Assembly (NCBI GenBank): GCA_012295275.1
Contig: CM022669.1
Location: 7,068,001-7,132,000 of the forward strand
Reading direction: 5' to 3'
DNA length: 64,000 nucleotides
Source of the DNA: Chrysomallon squamiferum
Taxonomy: Eukaryota > Animalia > Mollusca
Under the pieces are notes generated by a model, which searched no databases, was not told the DNA's origin, and was given only the letters and a program-made list of their open reading frames with translations. Below are positions 1 to 12,095 of this stretch, piece after piece. The translations under genes were made by a program, and so were the position numbers. Each line of letters begins with the position of its first letter. Positions within the stretch are counted from its first letter, which is position 1.

Positions 1-1605
1 AACCTCTAAGTCTAATAAAAATTCCAGTTCTGTTTCAAACAGAGCTTATACAGATAGTCTGGTGGATTATTTTTGTATATATTTTTGATAATTTCATTCA
101 TATAATAAAGTTTGTGTAAGCTAAACCAATCAAAAACTGTAAGGTATCACCATTTCGTTTGGTCCCAAAAAGTTAAAAATCTTAATTTCAGAATTTCAAA
201 CCAAGCAAATTAATACATATTAGTCTCAACAATCTATCATAGCCTGTTCTTTTATTTAAAACAACGACAACAATGATGATGACAACAACATCAACAACAA
301 TAATAATATCAGTGCAACAGGACACTCTATTATCAGATATTTTAATGCATATTAGTTTTACAAATGTGAACAATCTGCGTCATTCAAACACATTAATATA
401 CCCAATTAAATCAACTGGACAGACCAATTAATTTTAACAATATAAAATCCAGTTTCTCAAATACATTATCTCTAACTTCTTGATACATTAATTAATTCCT
501 TTCATGTGTGACAGATAAAAAGAAAATATCACAAGTCTAATGAAGATTATTTTGTGTTTGTAATATGACATTGACAAAAAAGAAAAAACATTTTCAGAGA
601 CTGATATTGTACTGAAATACTTTACTATCAGGACATGTTTATCTCTGGTTGCTTAAAACAGTTACTTGGAAATGTATAAAATATGATTAGACCATTTTCC
701 ATTGTAAACTTAAAGAAAGAAGGAAAAAATTAGTAATAATAAATAAAAAAAAAAAAAAAAAAAAACCCATAGTAATTATATATATACAATATAGTTTATT
801 TTAGTTTACTTCTATAAAATGAACGATTAACAAACAAAACAGTTATTTGAAAACCTATACAACATGTATTTTTAGGTATTTTGTTTGTACTGACCAAGGT
901 GTATTATAACAAAATCAGCTATGAGCATACAAAACATTCACACTATATCAAATATGTTATATAGTTTATAATATACACTTCAAATCCTACCTAAGATTTG
1001 ACAGAAATATAATCATGAATAACAATAAAATTCTAACAGATATAAGTATACATGTAATTTAAGATTCTTTGAAAAGAACATGGTGGAAGAAAAAAAAATG
1101 AATTAGTAATAATGATTGTCCTCATGCAAGGGACTCAACCACAATTTTCAAATAGAAGGATTTAGTCATGAATAAAGAATAAAGAGGTAAGAATATCTAG
1201 GAGGTTATTGACTTACACTGAAATATAAACATCATTATCAAACACTGCACTCTTTGTTCAAAGAATGCCAGTAAGAGAGGATCAAACAGTGCATTCTTTG
1301 TTCTCGCTTACACACTGGAAACAGTAAAGAGTAACAGATTGAAACAGGATTAGTTTTAGAATAAGCATTCATGTACAGATTTCTGAGCCTTCACTATTCA
1401 GGCAGGTATATTAGTACTATTAATGCATGACTGTGCTGAATAAAGGCAATGAATGAATGAATGTTTAATAAAATATCAGAACAGACTGTTAGTTATTAGT
1501 GATCTGGGAAACTGCTGGACTGACATCAATGGTTTGAGAGTCAGGTAACTGATGTACAAGACACTGCTGATGGAATGAATCAATATTTATTTAAAGACAA
1601 TTCAT

Positions 1606-2275
1606 TATGAGTTTAATTCATTCCATGACTGAAATTAATTGAAATACCATTAATCCGTTCCAGCCCCCCAAAATCACGCCATAATTTTTTTTAATGTGTT
1701 TTTAAATAAGAAAAATGTATTTATAAATGACAAATATTGTATAAAATAAAATAAAAGAGAATGTAAAGAAATAATTTGGTTCTGTAAAATGTATTTATCT
1801 TGGAGTCCAGACAATTATTTTAACATCTTTGGATGGAGTTACAGCCTTTATCAACTCCTTCTGCTTCAGAATGATACAATACTCATACTGACTAGCCAAG
1901 TCGACTACATGCACACCTTGCTCAAGCTTTAATGCAATGGACATCATCCACTTCTTCTTATCAGCACTGTCCTTTGCACTCACTTTCTTACAATCCATGG
2001 TCAGAAAAAAGACATTTGGTAAAAACTGCACAAAATGTGAACACAACACGACAGAGATGCTTCCATGGTGAGGTAACCACATGAAGTAAACAAGTGAGAC
2101 GCTGGATGCTGGCTGGATGTTGTGTTGTTCATTGTGCCAACTAGCAGCTGCATATCTGAAGCTCGTTCATAACTCAAATTTTGGCTCACAACTCAAAGCA
2201 AAAAAATTGACCAAGCGACTACTCATAACTCGGAAAACTCTTAAGTTGAGGGACTCAAAAGTCAAGGTACCACTG
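1606..2275 (-). mobile_element. Internally deleted TcMar-Tigger (pogo-family) DNA transposon remnant
   Basis: The minus-strand end reads TA|CAGTGGTACCTTGAC, a Tigger-like TIR next to a TA target at 2276-2277 that runs into (TA)n. ORF 1795..2082 contains MDCKKVSAKDSADKKKWMMSIALK..EQGVHVVDLASQYE..CIILKQKELIKAVTPSKDVKII, a degenerate N-terminal CENP-B/pipsqueak-type HTH of Tigger transposases. A typical subterminal stretch GGGGGGCTGGAACGGATTAATGG...GGAATGAATTAAACTCATA lies near 1606-1670. The second TIR was not found. Confidence 0.75.
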
Positions 2276-3879
2276 TATATATATATATATAAAAAAACAC
2301 TCTCGACATTCCATATAAACTATTATCAGTAACAATTTGAATCAGCAGGAAAATTGGGTATTTTGTTTTATGCTCATTATCTGGCACTGGCTGGCAGGAG
2401 GATAGCTCAGTGAATTGACTCATAAAGAATATTTATCCCTAGTAATCTGATCAGTAAATTCCTGCTTCATCTTTGTTAATACTTACATGACTCAGGATTG
2501 TAACTAGCTTCAATTTTCAGCCTGGTGATACTGCTAATACAACAGACTACTTTGTTTCTTGTATGACAGTTGTTGTTTTTTTGTTCTTCTTTTAAGAAGT
2601 CATGATTTTACATTTTATAAATAACTCTTTAGAGCTATGAATAACCTTTCATTTAATATTTCTACATAATCGCTTCTATATTCCAGTGAAGTCAAGCGTT
2701 TTAACTGATTGTTGTAAAATCACGACTGTCTCTCTCTGGGTGGTTATCAGATTTCATTTAGTGTGTTTAAAATTTTGTTACAATGAATGGGAAATAAATA
2801 CATGAGCAACAACAATAATAAATGTTTAAATCTCAACATCATACCAAGTAATCATAATTATGAAAACAGAATTTTGCACACCACGTCTTTCAGAATGAAC
2901 TGCATTTCTTATCTCCATTGTCATCCACCTATAGACAACTAATGATTTTAAACATATACATGTTCCACTCCATGAAAATTGGACTGTTTGTATGAGTACC
3001 TGGGAAAGACAATTAGGCTTTGTCAACAAATGTATTTATTCAAGTATAATTAACACACACACACACACATGAACACAAACACACACACACATGCGCATGC
3101 ACACACACGCACACACACACACACACACATTTCCATGGTATTAATAATGACTGTGTGCAATTTTAAATATTCATAACAATTTGTTTTTCATTTTTTAATT
3201 CACTGTTGAAATTGCCAACTTTGAACAAGTCTGTCATCATTATGAGTTACAAATGGTGATACAGTTCTGTAGTTCTCATTGTCAGAGCCATATTAACCTA
3301 GAAACAAAAGTATCACATGTTATGAAACTACACTAAATATCTGCAAGTTGTCTGGAGAAACTGGCATCTTGCAATCTGGAAAGATTATTGTTCACATGTC
3401 AGGACAACTGCATCTTTAATTATTCATCAGTTCAGGTAACATTATATTGAAGCCATTAAATCTCCTTAAATTTCTCATTAGAATCACTTTTCTGGATTTA
3501 ACATTGTAATGCTTGCCTTGGGGACAAACTGTCACATCATTCACAACCTCTAAGCAATGTGCTTGTAATTGTGTACTTACAAGGAAATTATTCTGTTAAT
3601 GAAGTGTCAAACAAATGTGCCTTGTTATTTATTTGTATCTGTAGCAAATGAAAAAATTAATTACCTTACTATGCAAATATATAATTTATTATTTAAGTCA
3701 TAGATAAAAAAAATTATTTTCCTTGGATCAGTGGTTATTCATCATTATTTATAACCCAATGCTGTTATCTGTTGTTTTTTTTTTTTTTTTTTTTTTTTTT
3801 TTCATTTATATATTTTTTCATTAAAATATAAAAAATCAATTTAAATACATCACAAACAAATTAGTTTTTTTTTAAAGCC

Positions 3880-4270
3880 CCATTGCCACATACCCCTCAC
3901 AAGCATAATCCAAACATGCTCAAAATACATTTCTCAGCTGATATTCAGTTGTTCATTCAATCACAGTATTTGTCATAGCTCACAGATCATCTAAAGACAG
4001 AGGTTTAGTTGAATGAACAGAGGGGGTCTTTATGTATTCCCATAAAAAAAAATACACTGGAGTCAAATTTCTTGGTCATGGAGGCCAAGAAATCAATCCA
4101 GTCCACCTTTTAGAGAACTTTTCATTTTGAAACTAATACTTAGAGAAAACTGACAAAGGGCACCATTTTGTTGAAACACTGTATTCTCCATCAAATTTTA
4201 ACTGTTTAAGTTCAGAAACAGGGTAATTTTGCCATATTTTATAATAGCAATTACCATTATAAATATTCAA
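3880..4270 (-). mobile_element. Degenerate Tc1/mariner transposase fragment (rosa/DD41D-like catalytic C-terminus)
   Basis: Minus-strand translation across frameshifts and stops gives NGNCYYKIWQNYPVSEL..MENTVFQQNGA..NEKFSKRWTG..SWPP*PRNLTPVYFFLWEYIKT..VHSTKPLSLDDL. This matches the FQQDGAP / RWIG / WPPRSPDLTPLDFFLWGYLK motif series. Confidence 0.75.
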
Positions 4271-6434
4271 AAGTACACAGACTTCATGGACACCCAGTGC
4301 ATGTTCATAGTCATACACACAATCATAAAAACATGTGTACTTTGAAATACATGAAATGTGAATCCAAGTTAATGGTTTATTATGACAGTCATAGTAAATG
4401 TCTACTAAACGTCAGTTGAGAAACAGGCTGTGTTTTGGATTTTGTGTACTAAAACAATAGATACAACAATCCAGTCAGATTTTTTAACTTATTGGTCATT
4501 TCTCATTTTCCCTCTGACAAACTGTTGGTTTCATACAATTTCAGGTGATGACCACTATGTTTTAGATTGTCAAATAACGTCTGTTTTCCTGTCTTATATT
4601 GCAGGGCTAAATCTGTCTACACAGCGGATTTGATGGAAACTCATTAATTTTACTTCTGTCTGCAATGAAAGTTTAACACATTTTTTAGGTCACTTTGCCA
4701 TTACAAATTCCAAAAGACAATACAAAATATGCTCTGTATGTATTTGTGCAGACTGCTGCTTTTTAATTGTAAATGAGTTAATTCACTTAGATATAATATG
4801 CACTAATAATAATCTTGTTAATCTAGCTGCATGTAATAATTACAAGAAATATGGGGTCACTGTATATTAATCTTTCCAAGAAACAGAATTATTTTGTACC
4901 ACATGATAATTTAATTACTTGCAAATAGCTGTCCTGTTTAAGAAGTGACCATACTTGCATACCTGTGGGAAGGTGTAGACAAAGTTAATTAGTATGTAAA
5001 CTGTTCTTCTTTTCTATAATGTGCACCATGAATCCAAAGTAGACAGTATCTAGATCAGTCAGTTTTGTTTGTAATAGATTAATGATAGCTGGATGGGACT
5101 TTGAAACTGTGTCAGTTTACGATGAAATCTGGATCAATCACAGATCACTTTTAACAGTCTACTACTACTACTATTACTACTACTACCACCACCACCACCA
5201 CACACACACATGCTTAGATAAACTATATATATATATATATATATAAAATTTAAATATAAAAGGTCAGTCTTTATAAATGCAACAGAGTTTATCTAAAGAA
5301 ATGTATTTGTAAAAGTATACAAGTTTCATTGATTGATAGTTTGTCCTTTGGTATCATCTTACCTCATAATCATTTTATAACTTGGACATACAAAAACTAT
5401 GCTAGTAACGTGGGAATTTCTATTGCAGCCATTATAATACTAACAGCATAATCTCAGAATAAACAGAGTAAGTCCTAATCACAATGGTGGCACCTCTGCT
5501 ACCGTACATATTCACTCTGTGGCTCATTGAAAGAGAAATATTTGGGAACAGATGAAGTAAAATTATTTTTTAGAACTTTTGAAAGGTTTTTTTTTTTTTT
5601 CTTTTACTAGAACTTTTTAACAGCTTTTCAAGGTACCCTACAAAATTATACATTTTTCAATGTTTTCTGTACCTTGGTTCACAGAATATAAATTAAATTA
5701 CAGATTTTTCTTATGTGTGCATGGTTCATCTGGATGATACAGCTACATGTGTACATAGGAATGCTTATGAGGGTGGCTGCGTCTCTGAGTGTATGCATAC
5801 AATTGAAGACAGGTGTTAAAAAAGGTGTCACAACTTTTGAAAATCTGGAGACTCTGCATAAAAGTACAGAGTTCATAATCACATAAATTCTTCAAGGGAT
5901 CTTAATTTTAATGTGAAAATCTCTAACTGGATAATTATCAAAAGCCAATATTGTCTTTCAACTCAAAATGACTATTTTGTAAAGCATAAAAAAGACTAGA
6001 TAATTAGTCCATAATTAATGTACAAAAATATAGCCCAAGATGATAATGTATTTCAGAAATACACAAAATATCTTTGTGTCTAATTTTCTGTATGAATGTT
6101 TGTTATAATCAAACAATTTTCACATTAATATACTGCAGATGTTTTAGCCAGCCTAACACAACTGACATAAATATATATATTAATTTTTGAATACTTCATA
6201 ATTTTCTTGAAAATAAGTCATTATTAAAGATAATGCCGTATGGATCCAGTCTAATCACTTCATCAACATATTTCTGAAAAAGTATGTAAATTTCACAAGC
6301 TTTTATAAACTGTAGCAAAAAACAACCAATATGTTTACAACAGGCAAAGGTACTGATCTATATCATCTGAAATGAATGAATGAATAAATAATTGGGTTAT
6401 ATACAATATTCCAGTTAAAAAAAAATAAAAAAAA

Positions 6435-6470
<36 letters not shown>

Positions 6471-7695
6471 TAAAATGAGAAAAGCCATCAAAAAGAATTC
6501 AGATATAAACAGTAAAATGATAAAAAAAAAATAAAAAAAGGCATTAAAATTATTTGATATTTTTTATATCATTAAAACCCCAGCACACAGCTTTAGTTTT
6601 AAATGTGTCATTTCATTTGTTTAAATGTTAATAACCAGAAATGAAAATATATATGAAGATGAGTGTCAGTTGTATTATATATTCATGATTAAAGTATTTA
6701 ATTGTCAGTGTGTATATTTCAAAGTGATTGATGTCTAACAACATAATCATTGTCAGTTTGATCATAATGCAACACTATTACTTGTACTGAGTTAGGTTGT
6801 TTGTTGTATTTTATTTGTGGGGTGAGGATGTTTAAGACCTGTAGGAAAAAACAGCATTGTGTTTTTTATTAAAAATATATGATTCTGAACAGCAGAATTT
6901 CAAAGTGTAACATTAAAATGCAACCCTTTGCAATTATATTTAAAATAAAAGAAAAACCTAATCTGATAAAATGATATCATTAATTTATATTTTACTATTT
7001 TAAAGAAACTTGTTTGTAAACACATGAAATAAGTATTGTCAATTCACTGATTTAATCCACGTTAATCATTTAATGATCTTCTCTGATATTATTAGCACTG
7101 TAGTTTCAAATTTAAATAAACACTATCTGTAGTATAACTATTTTAGGGAGGATAATGTTTTTATCTAGACAGATGATATTACTTTTTGTGTATATAAAAT
7201 ACATTAAATTATCGTCTGTCTTTTATTTACTCGAGTACGACGCATCACCTGTCAAGTGTCATCAAAGGTATTTCGTTTACAGTTATAGTTTCTTTAATTG
7301 AAGTACAAATGGAAATTAAATAAACACTTTCAAATCTAATATATAAATTTAAAATAATAAAAGTGTTATAATAATTACAATAAAAATTTCAACAGATGTT
7401 CATTGTTACACTACAAATCGTTTTACAATATTCAAACTGATAGTAATACTGAACCGTTACTGGAATGTCACATCATGACGAGTGCTAGCTTTATCTTATT
7501 TATACCCAAATACCCAAACAGGACAAAAACGCTAAATTAATTAACATATATAGGTACGAATACTAAAGCTTACATTAACAACACTTCAAGGTTGCTACAT
7601 TTATGACATCAAATGACGTTTCATACATTGAAATAAATATTTCAAACAGATCTAACAAAGTTCAAACGACTGACAGCGTAGCAAAAGAGACTTAC

Positions 7696-7930
7696 CTACC
7701 ACTTTTTTCTTTACCATTTAAGCTTATGAAATCGAACTAATTAACAAACATATTTTAAAACCAAAATAAAAGTTTTATGAAATTAGACACTTGTTGGCGA
7801 CAAACGAAAACATCACATGCAATACAGCACAGGAACATTTCCTCAACTTTACTGCCATTCTTTCTCTTCTTTTGGTTAATTCCTCCCTTTTCAGAAAATC
7901 TTTCAAGAGAAAATATGTTTGGCGCAAATT
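7696..7930 (-). other. Candidate first exon of a minus-strand gene whose body was not found in the window
   Basis: Consensus donor GTAG|GTAAGT at 7696/7695, a short ATG frame MVKKKVV(G) at 7717-7696, local CpG enrichment and an E2F-like TTTGGCGC near 7918. No downstream coding exon was identified. Confidence 0.3.
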
Positions 7931-9119
7931 AATTTCTTTGTATATGAGATAAAATATTAAGTGTAGGCTATAAGTATTAAATAACTGATAAAGTATCCTG
8001 CAAGTAGATATAATAATATTTAAAATCAGAAAAAGAAAAGAAAATAACACACGATAGTTATTTAAAATGTAATGCTAAATCTTGTTTACGTTAAAATAAA
8101 TAAACGAGAATTTTTTAAAATTATAATTTTCTTTTAAATTTATTATATAGTTATAGTTCTTGTTGTTAATATCTTCATCAATATAATTATCATAATCAAC
8201 ATTATTATTCTAAAAATTAGCCTGTTTGAAAATATTTGATCTTATCATTTGTAATCTTAAATAAGATTATTATTAAATATATTCTCAAGTAGTCATCTAT
8301 TCTGTTTGCCACATAATTTATTCGATATTGTCTCTTTGATCAGTCAAGTTTAAAATCATAATTATCTCGCATGGTCTGTTAATATGTTTTAAAAAACGTG
8401 TATATAAATTTCAGTACCAGAATTATCTCGCCATGTGTTGTTCACATTAAGCTGATTAATTAAACTGCCAGTCTTGCACAAATACTTTTATTATTATTAT
8501 TATTATTATTAATTTTGTTTTCATATAAATAATTTAGTTATCTACAATATGAGCTTAGCTGGATGGGTGTATACGTATATATTTAGATGTATATATGCAT
8601 GTAGGCTTATCCACCCATCGATCCAGGCAAACAAACAGATTTCAAAATTCATTACTAATTCTGTTCAGGATGGTGTATCGAGTCGCTTTATTTATTTATT
8701 TTTTATTTTTTGTTTATTGTTTTACGATTAAAACTATGTTAAATCCACATGAAGGTAGACTTCCCGCTGCACAACACAAAACTGTAACAACAGCACAGGC
8801 GAGATGACTTTTGTGTGGTCAATGAACTATTTTCTCAAAATTAGAAAATATCTGAAGAATTCCGCAAACATTTTCATTTTTATTTGAATATATTTTTGTA
8901 ATGTTTAATGCGAATATCATTATAAAATAAACATAAATGAAAGTTGGTTTGTATCATGAGTTTTGTTATTACCGTGATGTTGTTATTGTTTTGTGGGGGG
9001 GGGTGTGTGTTTGTTTGTTGTTGTTTTTTTGGTGGGAAGAGTTGCTTTTTGTTTTAGTTTTCGGAATGCATTTGGTTTTACAGTTATAATTTTGTTTTGG
9101 AGCTAACTGTGGGCAGAAC

Positions 9120-9205
9120 GGCCAACAACACCGCGCCAAATTGAAAAACAGTCAGTTTACAACAGAAAACCAGTTTACTGTATCTTCCGGATTCCGGAAG
9201 CCTCT
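9120..9205. promoter_or_regulatory. Promoter-like cluster of an E2F-like site and paired ETS sites
   Basis: CGCGCCAAA(TTGAAA) at ~9132-9146 and CTTCCGG ATTCCGGAAG at ~9184-9200, in a CpG-enriched patch within otherwise CpG-poor DNA. Confidence 0.45.
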
Positions 9206-10175
9206 TTATGTTTTAAATGTCTGCTGCTTCTTTACGCCTTAATCCTTTGTGAGGCTTCAGGCATGTTTATTGCGCATTATGTTACTTATCGTTATTTTAT
9301 ATCCCCTTCGTTACCTTGTTCTGCAAACTGATGACGTTTGAGTGTTCTATTATGATTCTTGTTTAACTTGAATATGCTAAATTTGCGGCAATGACGATAG
9401 CTGACAGATTAACATATCACAGATTTACACACCTGGTAACGTATGGAAAAGCCATCAAGTTCGTTTTAATCATAATTAATTAATTCAGAAAATAAAAATA
9501 AATTAAAAATTAAAATATTAAAAAATTAAATAAATAAATAAATAATAAAAGTATAAAATTATATCAGTATAAAACATATGCACCATTATTTGATTCTTGC
9601 CTTTAAAGTGAAATTGAAACATTTTGAATTTACAGTTATAGTGCCAGTATTTTCGGATTGCGGACACATCTCCCTCCAGTTCCAAAAAATGGATAGGTGG
9701 ACATCTGTCCCCGCGTCGAAATACTGACTAGGGCATCTGCATCCCTGTAGACATCCAGTAGCTACTTACAGTTATTCACTATAATCTTTTACGTTATTAA
9801 TTACACGCACTGAATTCAAATCCAGTGATCAGATATAAAGGATTATTATTGATTGCCGATAATTACACGAAATTTGTTCACCATTAACAGTGTTAAATCA
9901 ACATATTTAATTTTGTTAATATGTATATTTTTCAGTCAAACCTCATGATTAAATACAGGATTGTCCGCAATAGCGGCTAAATTATATATCTTTTAAATAA
10001 TGACAGATGACGTCTGTATATTTGATCTAATACCATGTCTCTGATGCCACCTTTAATCAATTTTATTTGCGAGGAATTAAGGATGGCAGCTGGCCCATCT
10101 GTACTAGCTGTTTATCTCTACTGGAGGGCACATATCCTAGCCAACATTTGTACTGGGGATCAGAGGTCATAGCTT

Positions 10176-10568
10176 TAAGATGGTCAGACGTCCTGCTTTA
10201 GCAAGGACAGTCCTGTTTTTGAACATTCAGTCCTCCGTCCAGCGCCACCTCTATAAGGGGGTTAATTTGTTCTTGTTTTTGGGAGCGTCTAAAAAGAATC
10301 ATGTAAATTGCTTCACTTTATTTATTTTCTTTTCTGAATATTCATTTCTTCCAGTTCTTTATTGTTATTGAATGAATAATATATAATATATACAATATGT
10401 TTTAAAAGTTTATTTTAGAATAAATACCACATTATAGTGATATTTGACAAATAAATTATCTTAAGTATATTTTCTGTGACATCTTACATACTTCAGCTTA
10501 TTTTAAAATTTATTTTATTTAGATCATGAGCATATTGGCTGTCGTCTTCTTTGAAATTTGCCACCTTG
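10176..10568 (+). mobile_element. hAT-family (Blackjack-like) MITE with an 8-bp target-site duplication
   Basis: The left end is TAAGATGGTCAGACGTCCTGC and the right end is AAATTTGCCACCTTG, forming an imperfect TIR. It is flanked by CATAGCTT (10168-10175) and CCTAGCTT (10569-10576), 7/8 identical. Confidence 0.55.
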
Positions 10569-11413
10569 CCTAGCTTACATTTATCTTCAGGGGTGGGGGA
10601 TATATGTCCTGGGATAGGCTAACATCCAGGATTCAGTTTCACTAACCGCCATTTTGGAAAGCAGACAATTGGCAAGCTAATTCTGTTTCATCGATAGATT
10701 TATTTCAGAAAGTTTCAGTAATTAGAAATAATTTAGGCTGCATATTTTGCATAGATTTCTGACAAATAATGACAAATTTTCACCGCAATGTTATAATAAA
10801 TCTTAACATCTTGTTACGTAAAAATAATTCTGTTCTTAGTGTTGTATAATATTTAGGTTTTCAGATCAGTTTAAACCATAAATGGTCCTTCAAGACGAGG
10901 AGGTAATACATTTGGTTGATTTAAAAAAAGAAATAAACTAAAGAACTGAAAAAAACAAACAAAAAAACAACAACAATATATTACATTGTATTATTTATTT
11001 TATTTGTTTTGAAACAAAGAAGGGTCAACTTCAGATACTATGAAATACGGTAGACAATATCAACCACAATGAAAAGAAAAGGGAAAATAGAAGAATAAAA
11101 AATGAAAATAACGACTTTTAACATATTCAGAATAAATAAATAAATAAATAAATATTAAAAGTTTACAAATGAAATAAAAATTAATTAAATACGAAATACA
11201 TCGCCAAATAAAAAACAAAAAAGAATCATCAAAGAAACTCAAAAATTAAAGAATAAAAACAAAATAATTTTATTATATGGTAAAGAATAGAAAACTAAAT
11301 CGAAAAATTAATTATAAAAACAAATTAAAAAATGAGAAAAAGAAATGTATCAAACTCTATCTTATAAAAAAAAAAATAAAATAAATTAAATTAAATTAAA
11401 TTAAATTAATTAA

Positions 11414-11464
<51 letters not shown>

Positions 11465-11544
11465 AATCATTTTAAAAAATAATAGTAAAAAAACCCCACT
11501 ATATTTTAATCATTTTACATAGTGTTTTAAATCAATGATAGTTC

Positions 11545-11582
<38 letters not shown>

Positions 11583-11714
11583 TATACCAAAAACTACATA
11601 AGTTTGAGGTTGACTATATCTTTAATTTCTCTTCCTGATTGAACAACATGATAGACAATAACAGTATAACATTATAAATGATAATACTGTACTTATGTTG
11701 GAGAAAACTGGTCC

Positions 11715-11901
11715 AAACATCTTTCTCCCTTGCCAGATATTCTCCTCTCAGTTGAACTCTCTTTCACCGCAGTCATACAGATAACATCTCACACCTCTGT
11801 CCAATACTGGCAGACCATTACTGTCCTGGGTTCCTTAACACCGTCCCTGTGATAGTGTTTTACCATATATTACTGGAGAAATTTCCCAAGTACTTTAAGT
11901 T
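11715..11901 (-). repeat. Dispersed ~190-bp repeat, copy 1
   Basis: The reverse complement (AACTTAAAGTACTTGGGAAATTTCTCCAG..AAACACTATCACAGGGACGGTGTTAAGGAACCCAGGACAGTAATGGTCTGCC..AGTTCAAC) aligns by eye to 30051-30235. Confidence 0.8.
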
Positions 11902-12059
11902 ATTATTTTCTAAACCCGCCGAGATCGTATAGTGGGAAATAGCGATAATTACAAATTTTATGAGTTTTCAAGATCTGGTCCCGAAATACAAAAAACTTCA
12001 TGCGAGAATCAACAGTACTTACAAACATATACACATACATACATACATACATACATACA

Positions 12060-12095
<36 letters not shown>

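Noticed and set aside
4920-5400. Minus-strand donor-like sites (CAG|GTATG at ~4962, GAG|GTAAG at ~5362) as exons of a left-hand gene
   Set aside because: There are no convincing acceptors or open frames, and such motifs arise by chance at this AT content.
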